The notes under the pieces are model-generated. The model ran no database searches, was not told the origin of the DNA, and worked only from the letters and a program-made list of their open reading frames with translations. Below, one piece after another: positions 41,937-51,026 of a stretch of DNA of 64,000 nucleotides (its first letter is position 1; the number at the start of each line of letters is the position of its first letter). A program made the position numbers and the translations under genes. The DNA comes from Bryobacterales bacterium (GTDB lineage: Bacteria; Acidobacteriota; Terriglobia; Bryobacterales; UBA6623): positions 2,528,001 through 2,592,000 of the forward strand of contig OY729428.2 of the NCBI GenBank assembly GCA_963422375.2, given 5' to 3'.

Positions 41937-42839
41937 CTATATGACCAAGGAGCCGATCATGATCGCGAGCGCGATCTGGGCGCTGACCGTTACCGAGGAC
42001 GCAGCGACGTTTCGGTCCCGCTCCACTTCGATCTTCAAGGTTGTGTGCGGGAGGAAAGCCCGGTCGATGAGCCGTTGGAACGGCACGAGTAGCGCGATCC
42101 CGACCGTGCCACTGACCGCGAAGCCGACAATCCCTTCGACCCAGCCAGTAAAGGGGCCGGACACCGCGAAGGCGAGCACGACTCCCAGCGAGATCAACGT
42201 GCCGCCGAGGATCAGGCCCGCCGCGGTGTTGCCCTGCTTGATCTCCCCGAGGCAGTCGAACGGGGTGGCCCACTCGTAGAGGAACGCGAAGACGATCAAC
42301 GCCACCTGCCCCATCGCGAAGAAGGCTACGGACGTTTCCCATCCGCCGCCTTCGCCGTGGAAGGAGCCATAGGCAACCAGTCCGGTAGCCACCAAGATTC
42401 CGAATTCCGCGAAACCCACCGCGAGATTCCCGGCATGCAGCTCGCGCGCGTTGTGGACGTGACCGAGGATCACGCGCTCGGCGAGGAGCTGGGCCACGAA
42501 GAAGAACACCAGCAGGACGGCACAGTAGACGAGGATCTCCAGTGTGCTCTCGAGCAGCGCCTCCCATCCGTCGGCCCAATGCGCCACGCCGCCGCTGACC
42601 ACGCCGGCCAGCCCGAGACCGAAACCGACACCCAAGCCGCAGCGTCGCAGCGCGATCGCCAGATTACTCTTTTCCTCGATCTGGTGGTCGACGGTCAGTT
42701 CCGGGGAGTCCTCCATGCCGCTGCGGAGCAGCGAGGATCGTATGAAGCGGTCACTGACAACCTTCGCGACCAGCAGCGCGAGGAACACCAGAAGCGTGTC
42801 CGCCACCCCTTGGATCAGCGTTTCGAGAACCTCTATCAC
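41937..42839 (-). CDS. DUF350 (YjfL-like) tandem-domain membrane protein
   Basis: About 8 TM helices with repeated [E/Q]I/L..GN.A units (QIEEKSNLAIAL, ELHAGNLAVG, EIKQGNTAAG, EVERDRNVAAS). Confidence 0.8.
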   Translation of the reverse strand: MIEVLETLIQGVADTLLVFLALLVAKVVSDRFIRSSLLRSGMEDSPELTVDHQIEEKSNLAIALRRCGLGVGFGLGLAGVVSGGVAHWADGWEALLESTLEILVYCAVLLVFFFVAQLLAERVILGHVHNARELHAGNLAVGFAEFGILVATGLVAYGSFHGEGGGWETSVAFFAMGQVALIVFAFLYEWATPFDCLGEIKQGNTAAGLILGGTLISLGVVLAFAVSGPFTGWVEGIVGFAVSGTVGIALLVPFQRLIDRAFLPHTTLKIEVERDRNVAASSVTVSAQIALAIMIGSLVI

Positions 42840-42854
42840 AGCGTGCCTCCCTGG

Positions 42855-44465
42855 CTACTTGCCGCTTGCGCCAAACGCAGTGGTGCGGCCGGCGGGGCCA
42901 GCTCCTCTCACCGTCGAGAGAGGCTGGCGGAATCCGCCCGACCGCGCCAGAGTCGTGCCCTGCATCCTAGGGGAAGTCCGCACGGTCTGGCTTCGGGTGC
43001 CCCATTTCGGGGCTGAAGTCGTGCCTCCGTAGTAAGGCCTGCTGCCGCGATACCCGCCGGACCAGTCGGCCCACTCGCTGCGGCCGTATCGAACGGGCGA
43101 CCCGAAGAGCGTGGAATAGAACAGATAAGGCCCGGCCCAGGCCCAGATCGAGCCTCCCGCCCCGTCGGACCTCCATCGCCCGTAGTGCGGGTTGCCGACG
43201 TACGCCATTCCCGGCGGAGCCGCGTGCGCGAGCTTCTCCGATTCGAACGAGCCGTACGGTTTCGACTCCACGTCCATCCCGAGGTTGTCGATGTTCGCCA
43301 GGAAGAACTCCTCGCCGACCGGCGTCCAGTCGGACTCGTTCGTGGCGCCGTTTTCCTGCACCAGATACTTGTGGAAATAGCGCGAGTCGGCTTCCTGCAC
43401 CCAATACTCCGCATCGGTGTCCCCGCTGGGCCACCGCTGCAGAGGGTCGATCTCGAGCGCAGACCACATCCGTTCGTCAGTTCCGGACCGCATGGACAGC
43501 CGGGACCCAAAGAACGACCTCCTGTAGGCTGCCAGCACGCCTTGGATGCTAACGAGATGCTCGAATACCGGTCGCTCCACGTTGGTGAAGCGATAGTCCA
43601 GCCGGTTCGGCGTCGGATAGTCCAAGGCGTCATTCCAGCTCGCGCGCTGGATCAACAGGTCATGCTCGACCTTCATGTCCATGAGCGTCCGGGAGTAGCT
43701 GCGATCGAGCTCGGCTAGCCGGGCCCCGAGTTCCGGGACTCCCTTCAAGAACGCTTCAGCGTTCTGGCGCGCTTCCCGGCAGGAGTCCGCGAACACCGCC
43801 AGATCGAACTCGCCTCCGGCCTCGCGCTTGCGGAACTCGGCTCGCGCGGCTGCCACGGCGTCCACCGAAGGAGAGCGGAGGTCACTCAGCTGCGCGGCCC
43901 GCTGGCCGATGTCGTCGGCCCGGGCCGGGTGGGCGCGCTTCACGCGCTCGACGGAGAAGGCCATCCCGGCATGGGCTTCCTCAATCTCGGATGCCGCGGC
44001 CCCGCAGTCCTCCATCACGCTAGCGACGCTGTCGGAGACGCCCTTCAGGAAGTCCCGCCGTTCGACCCAATGGCGCGAGGACCGGCGCGCACCGTCGAGC
44101 AACGGAGGAATCTTCGCGAGAGCGGCTGTGGCGGCGCCCGTCCCATCCGGCGAATCCTGCTTGATCAGGGGCAGGATCTCCACCTTGTAAACGCTCTCCG
44201 CCGACCGGAGCTTTGCCTCGGCGGCGCGGAAGTGCGACGGCCACGCCTCGCGCTCGGCGTAGGCCTCGAAGGCGCCGTACTCAGGCGTCTGGCGAAAGCT
44301 CTCGAAATCCCGCTCGGAAGACGTGACGCGACGCGCTTCGCTCTCGATGAGGGCCTGCTGCCGACCGGCCTCGTCAACCACGGACTGCGGCAGCCCGGCG
44401 CACCCCGCGAGGACAACCGCGAGGGCGGCGGACGCCGCAACGCCCTTCACCATTGGGTACCGCAT
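42855..44465 (-). CDS. Large hypothetical lipoprotein with helical N-domain and Gly/Tyr/Trp-rich C-tail
   Basis: Lipobox VVLAG-C; APPGMAYVGNPHYGRW; low-complexity tail ending in GASGK; RBS GGAGG. Confidence 0.8.
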   Translation of the reverse strand: MRYPMVKGVAASAALAVVLAGCAGLPQSVVDEAGRQQALIESEARRVTSSERDFESFRQTPEYGAFEAYAEREAWPSHFRAAEAKLRSAESVYKVEILPLIKQDSPDGTGAATAALAKIPPLLDGARRSSRHWVERRDFLKGVSDSVASVMEDCGAAASEIEEAHAGMAFSVERVKRAHPARADDIGQRAAQLSDLRSPSVDAVAAARAEFRKREAGGEFDLAVFADSCREARQNAEAFLKGVPELGARLAELDRSYSRTLMDMKVEHDLLIQRASWNDALDYPTPNRLDYRFTNVERPVFEHLVSIQGVLAAYRRSFFGSRLSMRSGTDERMWSALEIDPLQRWPSGDTDAEYWVQEADSRYFHKYLVQENGATNESDWTPVGEEFFLANIDNLGMDVESKPYGSFESEKLAHAAPPGMAYVGNPHYGRWRSDGAGGSIWAWAGPYLFYSTLFGSPVRYGRSEWADWSGGYRGSRPYYGGTTSAPKWGTRSQTVRTSPRMQGTTLARSGGFRQPLSTVRGAGPAGRTTAFGASGK

Positions 44466-44486
44466 GCTCGAACCTCCTGCGACGAT

Positions 44487-45086
44487 TCAGACTCCGGCCA
44501 GCACACCGTGCTCCGCCCGGTCTCGAGCGGACGCGGCGACTCGCACGGTAGTTGCGCTGAACACGACCAGCCCTTCCGACGGATACGAATGCGCGGTTCG
44601 CGCGATCACGCCGCGCGGCTCGGCTGCAGCCCACACCAAGGTCTCGGGCGCGCCCGCGACTCGGACGGACGCGGGAAAGCGGTAGGTCAGGCCCAGCTGC
44701 GCCCGGAAGCGCTCCGCGCGCTTGGTAAGGCCTCGGAGCTGGGCCAGTTCGACGGCGGAACGCTCCAGGTCCAGCACTCGAGCCTCGAAGCGGTACCGAA
44801 TTCCCTTGCCAGCGATGTAATCGAGAGCGGAATCGCCCGGCTGCCACAGGGCCAGAAGCCGACCCGCCGGAGGCGCCTCGCACGCAAGCAGCTCGGTCAG
44901 CGAGAGCGCCCCCGCTCGAATCTGCATCATGTGGCTCGAGCCGATCACGGAGGCCCAGATCTCAAGGTCGCCCCGCACGGCCCTCCCGTTGGACAGCACG
45001 GCCGCGTCCGGCCAATCCGGAAAGCCGCCGTAGAGTCGCAGGCGCAACTCGTGAGCGGACCGGTCCTTGTAGTGGATCGCCGTCAC
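44487..45086 (-). CDS. DUF2617-like protein
   Basis: VIGSSH, LTELLAC, YRFEA, TAHSYPSEG.VVFSAT motifs; overlaps the upstream gene by 4 bp. Confidence 0.65.
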   Translation of the reverse strand: MTAIHYKDRSAHELRLRLYGGFPDWPDAAVLSNGRAVRGDLEIWASVIGSSHMMQIRAGALSLTELLACEAPPAGRLLALWQPGDSALDYIAGKGIRYRFEARVLDLERSAVELAQLRGLTKRAERFRAQLGLTYRFPASVRVAGAPETLVWAAAEPRGVIARTAHSYPSEGLVVFSATTVRVAASARDRAEHGVLAGV

Positions 45087-45694
45087 CTGTCCCCTCCCGC
45101 GACAACCACTTCGACAGCCTTCGGGTCGAGGTAGGCACTCAGAATGACGTTGTGCTCGTAGCCCTCGTTGTCATCCCCCCACTCCTCGACACCGATATAC
45201 TGCCGCAGATCCGCGTTCTTGAACAGGTACTGGTGGAACGGCGTGCCGGAACCCTTGCCGTCTCGATAGAACGTCACCGCCGAGTCCTCGAAATAGCCGT
45301 AGGAGACGCCCCGGTAGCGAACCTCTCCCTCTTCCGCCTCCGACAGCTCCCACAGGCGCTCCTTGTTCTTCAGGCCCACCTGGCCGAAGCCGAGCTTCTC
45401 CCGCGAGACGTAGATCGAGATCTCGTCTTCCTTCTCCCATTCCAAGTACTGCGTGGACCCGTCGTTCAGGCGATAGAGCGCCAGCTCGGGCCAGCGAGCG
45501 CCTTGCCGCTCGTAGATGTTGACGCCGGTTATCTCGTAGGTCAGGCCCTCGAAGCGGAGATAGCCGCCAACGCCGACATCCTCGATCGACACCCGGAACC
45601 GCTCGCCCTCCGGGATGGGGGCGGGCATGCGCCGGATGGCGGCGAACTGCTCGCTAATGCGCGCACGCTCGGCAGGCTGCAGCAGGGCGGGCAT
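45083..45694 (-). CDS. DUF4178 domain protein
   Basis: GGYLRFEGLTYEITG, YLEWEKED, EVRYRGVSY...E..A, YIGVEEWGD...YE motifs. Confidence 0.7.
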   Translation of the reverse strand: MPALLQPAERARISEQFAAIRRMPAPIPEGERFRVSIEDVGVGGYLRFEGLTYEITGVNIYERQGARWPELALYRLNDGSTQYLEWEKEDEISIYVSREKLGFGQVGLKNKERLWELSEAEEGEVRYRGVSYGYFEDSAVTFYRDGKGSGTPFHQYLFKNADLRQYIGVEEWGDDNEGYEHNVILSAYLDPKAVEVVVAGGDR

Positions 45695-45719
45695 AGGAGT
45701 GGACGGCTAGGTTCGGGGC

Positions 45720-46901
45720 CTAGTCCGACGCCGGTGCCTCCAGTCCGCCCGGAATGTCTGCCGCGGGAAGCTCCCGAGCGGCGCGCAGCGCCTCGACCTT
45801 CGGCTCGAGGGCGGCCGACATCTGCGACAGCTCGGCGATGCCCGCGCGGGCTTTCTCGGTTCCCACCGCCCGGATCTTCTCCATCTCGTCCATCGCCCCG
45901 ACCAAGGAGTTGTAGGCGTTCTTCACGCGGTCGAGGGCGATGACGGGATTGTTCTGCATCTCCCCGATCTCCTTGGTCTGCCGCCCGATGGACGCGGCGT
46001 TGGCCTCGAGCATCGCGGCAGTGCTGTCCTGTACCTGCTTGACCGCGCTGGCTATCTGCTTCTGGTTCGCCAGAGCGGCTTGGATCGCGAGGCCCACCGT
46101 CAGGAGGCTCTGCGTCACCATGACCGTGCGATCGATTTGTTCGCAGAGCGCGTCGTTGTTCTGCAGCGTCATGTCGATCGAGGCGAAGAACTGCAGGTTG
46201 ACCTGCTCCATCGTGCGCAGATCCTGCACGCGCATCCCCACCTTGTGCTCCATCGAATTGAGCTTCTGCCGCTGAGCGGGCTCGGTCGCGGTCAGGGACT
46301 CCTCCTCGATGCGCTGCATGAGCAGCTCGCCGACGTAAGCGCTCTGCTGGACGCCGTTCTGCGCCGCGCTGACCTGGTCGTACAGCTGCTCCAGCTCGGC
46401 GTTGTCCTGGATCAGCCTGTCCTTGCCGTGTCGCAGCCCCGCCATGATCCCGTCGATCTGCGTCTGGACTGATTCGTACTTGACGGCTATTCGCTTGAGC
46501 ACCTTGCCGATGCCCGGCGTCCGGCCCAGCAGCTTGGCTATGCCGCTCGGCTGGCCCAGCACCTGCGGGTTGATCTCGTCCATCGTATGCCGCAGCTGCA
46601 CGAGCGTCCGGGGGATTTCGGCCCCCTCGCCGTCGAGCTGCGAAAGCATGGTGCCGACCCTAGTCTTGAGAAGGCCGATCTCCTTGGAAGCCCTCTGCTG
46701 CTCGCGCACGCCCATCGCGCCGACCTGGCGGCCCAGCTTGCGGTCCCCCGGGTCAGCGATGACGGCCAGCGCGAGCTGGTCGGCCTTCTCGGCCAGCTGC
46801 GCCTGCCCTTGGGCGTCGAGACCGGCGGGAGGCTTGGCGTCGAGCGGCGAGGTGGCGGGGACGCTCGCGGAGTCGGACTGGGTGGGTTCAGCGGTTGCCA
46901 T
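45720..46901 (-). CDS. telA: Toxic anion resistance protein (TelA/KlaB family)
   Basis: Long helical protein: LVQLRHTMDEINP, KYESVQTQIDGI...L..GKDRLIQDNAEL, RVQDL, NNDAL..IDRT, ALANQKQI, MLEANA. Confidence 0.85.
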   Translation of the reverse strand: MATAEPTQSDSASVPATSPLDAKPPAGLDAQGQAQLAEKADQLALAVIADPGDRKLGRQVGAMGVREQQRASKEIGLLKTRVGTMLSQLDGEGAEIPRTLVQLRHTMDEINPQVLGQPSGIAKLLGRTPGIGKVLKRIAVKYESVQTQIDGIMAGLRHGKDRLIQDNAELEQLYDQVSAAQNGVQQSAYVGELLMQRIEEESLTATEPAQRQKLNSMEHKVGMRVQDLRTMEQVNLQFFASIDMTLQNNDALCEQIDRTVMVTQSLLTVGLAIQAALANQKQIASAVKQVQDSTAAMLEANAASIGRQTKEIGEMQNNPVIALDRVKNAYNSLVGAMDEMEKIRAVGTEKARAGIAELSQMSAALEPKVEALRAARELPAADIPGGLEAPASD

Positions 46902-46910
46902 GCTTACTTG

Positions 46911-47489
46911 TTACAAACTCTGGACGAAGCGGGCGCGGAGAAAGGCCGCCTTGGCCTTGAAGTCGCCCATCTTGTCGCTCCGCACCAACTCCGCGACGTT
47001 GTCAACCTCGGCCTCGAGACCGTCCAAGCTGCGCAGGATCTCCGCGCGTGACCGTTCGCGGTCTTCGGACGAGAGGGCGAGATAGGGGTCCGTCACCTTG
47101 CGCAGGTACTCCTTGGCCATCTGGTTCACTGTCCAAGTCAGGTCGTGACCCGGGTGGCGCTCGTTGATCTCCTCGAGCAGGCCGCGGAGCGTGTCGATGA
47201 TTTGCTCCAGCCGCGCGACGACTTCCCCGGCCAGCGCCTGCTCCCGGATGCGGATATTGAGATCCACCAGACCCGCCAGCATGCGGAGCAACTCGGAGCG
47301 AGGATCCGGCTTAGACGATGCGGGCTGCGCCCTCCGCTCGCGGTAGCGCAGCACGAGGAGCGTGACCAGCGCGGCGACCGCCGCGCTCACGATGGCCACG
47401 ACGATCAGCTGCAGCAGGGCGTAGACCACGCCCAGCGCAACTAGGCCCGCAGCGATCAGCCAGATCCAGCGCTTCGCCGCTCGCGTCAT
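46911..47489 (-). CDS. Membrane-anchored helical protein, XpaC/KlaA-like partner of TelA
   Basis: Two N-terminal TM segments, then EYLRKVTDPYLAL...FKAKAAFLRARF; sits directly upstream of telA, as xpaC/klaA do. Confidence 0.62.
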   Translation of the reverse strand: MTRAAKRWIWLIAAGLVALGVVYALLQLIVVAIVSAAVAALVTLLVLRYRERRAQPASSKPDPRSELLRMLAGLVDLNIRIREQALAGEVVARLEQIIDTLRGLLEEINERHPGHDLTWTVNQMAKEYLRKVTDPYLALSSEDRERSRAEILRSLDGLEAEVDNVAELVRSDKMGDFKAKAAFLRARFVQSL

Positions 47490-47559
47490 ATGCGTCGTTC
47501 CGAGCGGGCCCCTGCCCGAATCCAGTATAAGCACAGCGGGCGGGCGCCCTCGCGGTCTC

Positions 47560-48867
47560 TTGGATCTAGACTGGGGGGCGGCCCCGCACTTGGCAGAGAG
47601 CAACTCATCGCGGAGGGTGGTCTGCCATCTCGACATGGACGCCTTCTTCGTGTCCGTCGAGGAGCTCTCGGATCCGAGCCTGAAGGGCAGGCCGGTGGTG
47701 GTCGGGGGCCAGCCCGGGGAGCGGGGCGTGGTAGCCGCGGCCTCGTACGCTGCGCGCAGGCACGGCGTCCACTCGGCCATGCCTCTGCGCGAAGCGTACC
47801 GACTGTGCCCTCAGGCGGTGTTCCTCGAAGGCCGTCCCCACGAATACCGGAGGTACTCGCTCATGGTGCGGGCGACGCTGGCGGAATTCTCGCCCTCCGT
47901 CGAGGCGGCCTCAATCGACGAGGCGTACCTCGATCTGACCGGAACGGAGAAGCTGCTGGGCCCTCCGCTTGCGGCCGCGCATGGCCTGCACGAGGCAGTC
48001 CGAGCGAGGACTTCCCTGCCCTGCTCGATCGGAATCGGCACCTCCCGGCTCGTCGCGAAGATCTGCTCCGGCCTCGCCAAGCCGAACGGGGTGCTCTACT
48101 TAGTGCCCGGGGCGGAGTCGGCCTTCCTGGCGCCGCTGCCGATCCGAAAGGTCCCCGGCGTCGGGCGAGTGACGCACGAGAAGCTCAAGGGGCTGGGCAT
48201 CGAGACGATCGGGGACGTCGCTAGGTACGAGGACGAGATTCTCGAGCGCCATCTAGGCAAGCAAGGACCCGAGCTGGCGAGAAAGGCCCGGGGGATCGAC
48301 GCGGGTGCTTGGTTCAGTCCGGCCCTAGCGCCGGACGCCTCGCCCAAGTCCATCAGCCACGAGACCACGTTCGCGACGGACAAGTCGGACCCGGCCCTGA
48401 TCGACGCGACCCTAGCGAAGCTGTCGCAGCTGGTCGGGCGCCGCCTCCGCGAGCACGGTCTGTGGGCGGGCACTGTCCAGATCAAAATCCGGTTCGCGGA
48501 CTTCACCACGCACACCCGTTCAAGGACCTTGGAGGAAGCGACGCAGCTGGACACGGTGATCCTCGAAACGGCCCGTTCGCTCGCGCGGCGCGAGCGACAG
48601 CGCGGGAGGACAGTGCGCCTGCTCGGTGTCCACGCCGGCTCGCTGCGCGCCCGCCCGCCAAGGCAGGAATCCCTGTTCGAAGACCGCCGACCCAGAATGG
48701 GCTTGGCGCTGCAAGCGGTCGATACCCTGCGGGATCGCTTCGGCGAGGCGTCAATCGGCCTAGCGTCGGCGCTGCGCCACGGCCGCAGGGAGCGGGTCCA
48801 CGAGAACCCGGCAGGGCTGGCCGGCCCCAGTGGCCGGCGGAATGCGCAAGGCCCGGACCGGACCTAG
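47560..48867 (+). CDS. dinB: DNA polymerase IV (Y family); start uncertain
   Basis: HLDMDAFFVSVE, RGVVAAASYAAR, SIDEAYLD, AKPNG, VPGVG, KSISHETTF, VRLLGV. Confidence 0.95.
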   Translation: MDLDWGAAPHLAESNSSRRVVCHLDMDAFFVSVEELSDPSLKGRPVVVGGQPGERGVVAAASYAARRHGVHSAMPLREAYRLCPQAVFLEGRPHEYRRYSLMVRATLAEFSPSVEAASIDEAYLDLTGTEKLLGPPLAAAHGLHEAVRARTSLPCSIGIGTSRLVAKICSGLAKPNGVLYLVPGAESAFLAPLPIRKVPGVGRVTHEKLKGLGIETIGDVARYEDEILERHLGKQGPELARKARGIDAGAWFSPALAPDASPKSISHETTFATDKSDPALIDATLAKLSQLVGRRLREHGLWAGTVQIKIRFADFTTHTRSRTLEEATQLDTVILETARSLARRERQRGRTVRLLGVHAGSLRARPPRQESLFEDRRPRMGLALQAVDTLRDRFGEASIGLASALRHGRRERVHENPAGLAGPSGRRNAQGPDRT

Positions 48868-48878
48868 TTGCGGGACCC

Positions 48879-49361
48879 TCAACCGGGGCGGAAGGGCAGC
48901 ACGGCCTCGTTCGGCCGGAACGGAGGCGCCACCTTCAGCTTGCGGGCGATCTGCTCGACGTCCGCCTTCGACCAGCTGACCATCGTGTGAGCGATGCTCC
49001 CGCCGGGCTCGACTAGGAACACCGTGGGCACGTTGGTGAGGCCGTACGCGTTCGAGACCGAGAATCCCGACTCCTGGAGGTCGAAGACCTGGCGCGTCTC
49101 GTACGCGAACTCCGCCTTGAACCTCGCGCCGTCCGACGGCGTGTCTTGGCAGACAGCAACCGCCGAGGCGGCCGCGCCGCGGAGCGAACGAGCGAGTCGG
49201 TCCAGGAACGGCAGCCCGTACTGGCAGGTCGGGCAGCCGGACTTGAAGAACGTCACCAGCACGGGCCCGGAGCGAAGTTCCTCGTAGAGACGGAACTCCG
49301 TGCCTCCGGCGTCGCCAAGGGTGAAGTCGGGCGCGCGCGAGTTCGGCGGCAAGGCAGCCAT
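48879..49361 (-). CDS. Redoxin/TlpA-AhpC family thiol oxidoreductase
   Basis: APDFTL, FFKSGCPTCQY (CxxC), YGLTNVPTVFLV. Confidence 0.85.
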   Translation of the reverse strand: MAALPPNSRAPDFTLGDAGGTEFRLYEELRSGPVLVTFFKSGCPTCQYGLPFLDRLARSLRGAAASAVAVCQDTPSDGARFKAEFAYETRQVFDLQESGFSVSNAYGLTNVPTVFLVEPGGSIAHTMVSWSKADVEQIARKLKVAPPFRPNEAVLPFRPG

Positions 49362-49442
49362 GCCTTCAGTATGCAGCGTCAACGCGGTTCGCCCGGCTTC
49401 CGGGGCCGGCCCGGATCCGGCACCGGTACAATGGTCGCCGGG

Positions 49443-49745
49443 ATGAGGAAGCCGGTTTTGGCGGCGGTGCTGTTCGTCGCCGCCGTCCTAGTCGCGGTCG
49501 TGTACTTCTCGATGGGACTGCGGCAGTTCACCTGCGAGGTCTGCATGGACTTCCAAGGGCGCAGGAATTGCGCCACAGCCTCCGGTACCACCGAGGAGGA
49601 GGCTGTCCGCACCGCGACCGACACCGCCTGCGCGACCATCTCGGCGGGCATGACCGAGAGCATTCAGTGCAGCCGCACGCCGCCGCTCAGCGTGACTTGG
49701 AAGAGTGAGCTAGCGGCTCCGGGCCCGGTGCCAGGCGAACGATAG
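49443..49745 (+). CDS. Small membrane-anchored Cys-containing hypothetical protein
   Basis: N-terminal TM, CEVCMDFQGRRNCAT...AC....C; protein-like composition. Confidence 0.7.
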   Translation: MRKPVLAAVLFVAAVLVAVVYFSMGLRQFTCEVCMDFQGRRNCATASGTTEEEAVRTATDTACATISAGMTESIQCSRTPPLSVTWKSELAAPGPVPGER

Positions 49746-50339
49746 CAGCAGGACGGTGCCGACCGCCCCGAGAACCAGCGCCGTCACTCGCCAGTCGACG
49801 GGCTGGGCCGCGAGCGGACTTTCGGGAGCCGCCAGGGCGGGCACGACCAGCAACGCGCTGAGATGCGTCACGGCGGCGAAGCGGAGCGAGCCCGCCGCGT
49901 CCCGGCCCAGCAGGCCGGTTGCCGCGACCAGTCCGCTGGCACCCGCAAAGGCGCAGCCCAGAGCCAGTCCCGTCGCCAGGCCGGACGAGTCGTCGATCCG
50001 GGCCAGGGCGAGCCTGCCCGCGCCTACCATCGCGGCGCACAGCACGGGTCCGGGAAGGACGGAGAGCCAGTCCGGCGGCTTGCCAAGTCGGCTGCGTCGT
50101 GCGGACCCGTACGACAGGGCCGCGTGGACCGCTATCGCCGGAAGCCAGAACCGAACATCCAGGACGACCGCGAGCGCCCCGTCAGCTGACAGCGACTCGG
50201 CGGCAAGCCCGCACATCGCGCCGGCCAGCAGAAGCATAGGACCGTATGCGAAGGCGAGGCGCGGCCGGACACGCAGAAGCCGCGCGTCCCGGATGCAGAA
50301 CAGCACGGCGACCGCTCCGAACACGAGGCTGCGATCCAT
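49710..50339 (-). CDS. Hypothetical integral membrane protein
   Basis: About 6-7 hydrophobic segments, Leu/Ala-rich. Confidence 0.6.
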   Translation of the reverse strand: MDRSLVFGAVAVLFCIRDARLLRVRPRLAFAYGPMLLLAGAMCGLAAESLSADGALAVVLDVRFWLPAIAVHAALSYGSARRSRLGKPPDWLSVLPGPVLCAAMVGAGRLALARIDDSSGLATGLALGCAFAGASGLVAATGLLGRDAAGSLRFAAVTHLSALLVVPALAAPESPLAAQPVDWRVTALVLGAVGTVLLLSFAWHRARSR

Positions 50340-50397
50340 GAGCCGGGTCCAGACTACCAGCGACGCTACGCCGGGCGGGGACCGGCGGCGGGCCGAC

Positions 50398-50835
50398 TCA
50401 CTGCGACGAAGACTCCTCGGCCGCGCCGTCCAGAAACGACGTCAGCGTCTCGACGAGTTCGGCCGTGTCCCTCTTCTTGATCTGGCATTCCCAGATCGTC
50501 AGCACGCTCCAGCCGAGCGCCTCAAGCTCGGCCCTGTTCTCGGCGTCGCGCTCCTTGTTCCGCCGCAACTTCGGCAGCCAGTACTCCTGGCGCGAAGACG
50601 GGGGGCGACCGTAGCGGCAGTCGTGCGCATGCCAGAAGCAGCCGTGCACGAACACCACCTTCTTGCGCCCCGCGAAAACGAGGTCAGGGCGGCCAGGCAG
50701 GCCCTTCTTGTGGAGGCGATAACGGTAGCCGAGGCTATGGGCAAGCCGGCGCACGGCCATCTCGGGACCGGTGTCCTTGCTCTTGACCGCCTGCATGGCC
50801 CGCCGCCGCTGTTCTACGGTCAGCCAGTCGGCCAT
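50398..50835 (-). CDS. vsr: Very-short-patch repair endonuclease
   Basis: MADWLTVEQRRRAMQAVKSKDTGPE, GYRYRLH, LPGRPDLVF, VFVHGCFWHAH, YWLPKLRRNKERD, GWSVLTIWECQ. Confidence 0.95.
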   Translation of the reverse strand: MADWLTVEQRRRAMQAVKSKDTGPEMAVRRLAHSLGYRYRLHKKGLPGRPDLVFAGRKKVVFVHGCFWHAHDCRYGRPPSSRQEYWLPKLRRNKERDAENRAELEALGWSVLTIWECQIKKRDTAELVETLTSFLDGAAEESSSQ

Positions 50836-51026
50836 AGCAGGTCCAATGTAGCCGACTCGGCGCCGAGCGGCTTGCGGACGGAGCTAGCGATCCGGCCGGA
50901 GATTCAGGTTATACATTAATTTCAATGCTATATCTCAACGAATACAATTGCCAGCAAGTCCGTATCCTTGATTCGCCGTCCGGACTGCGGACAGGACGGT
51001 CGCCGGCTCGGTAGAATGTATGATTC

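Noticed and set aside
47490..47620. LexA/SOS box upstream of dinB
   Set aside because: No convincing palindrome or GTTC-N7-GTTC-type direct repeat seen.
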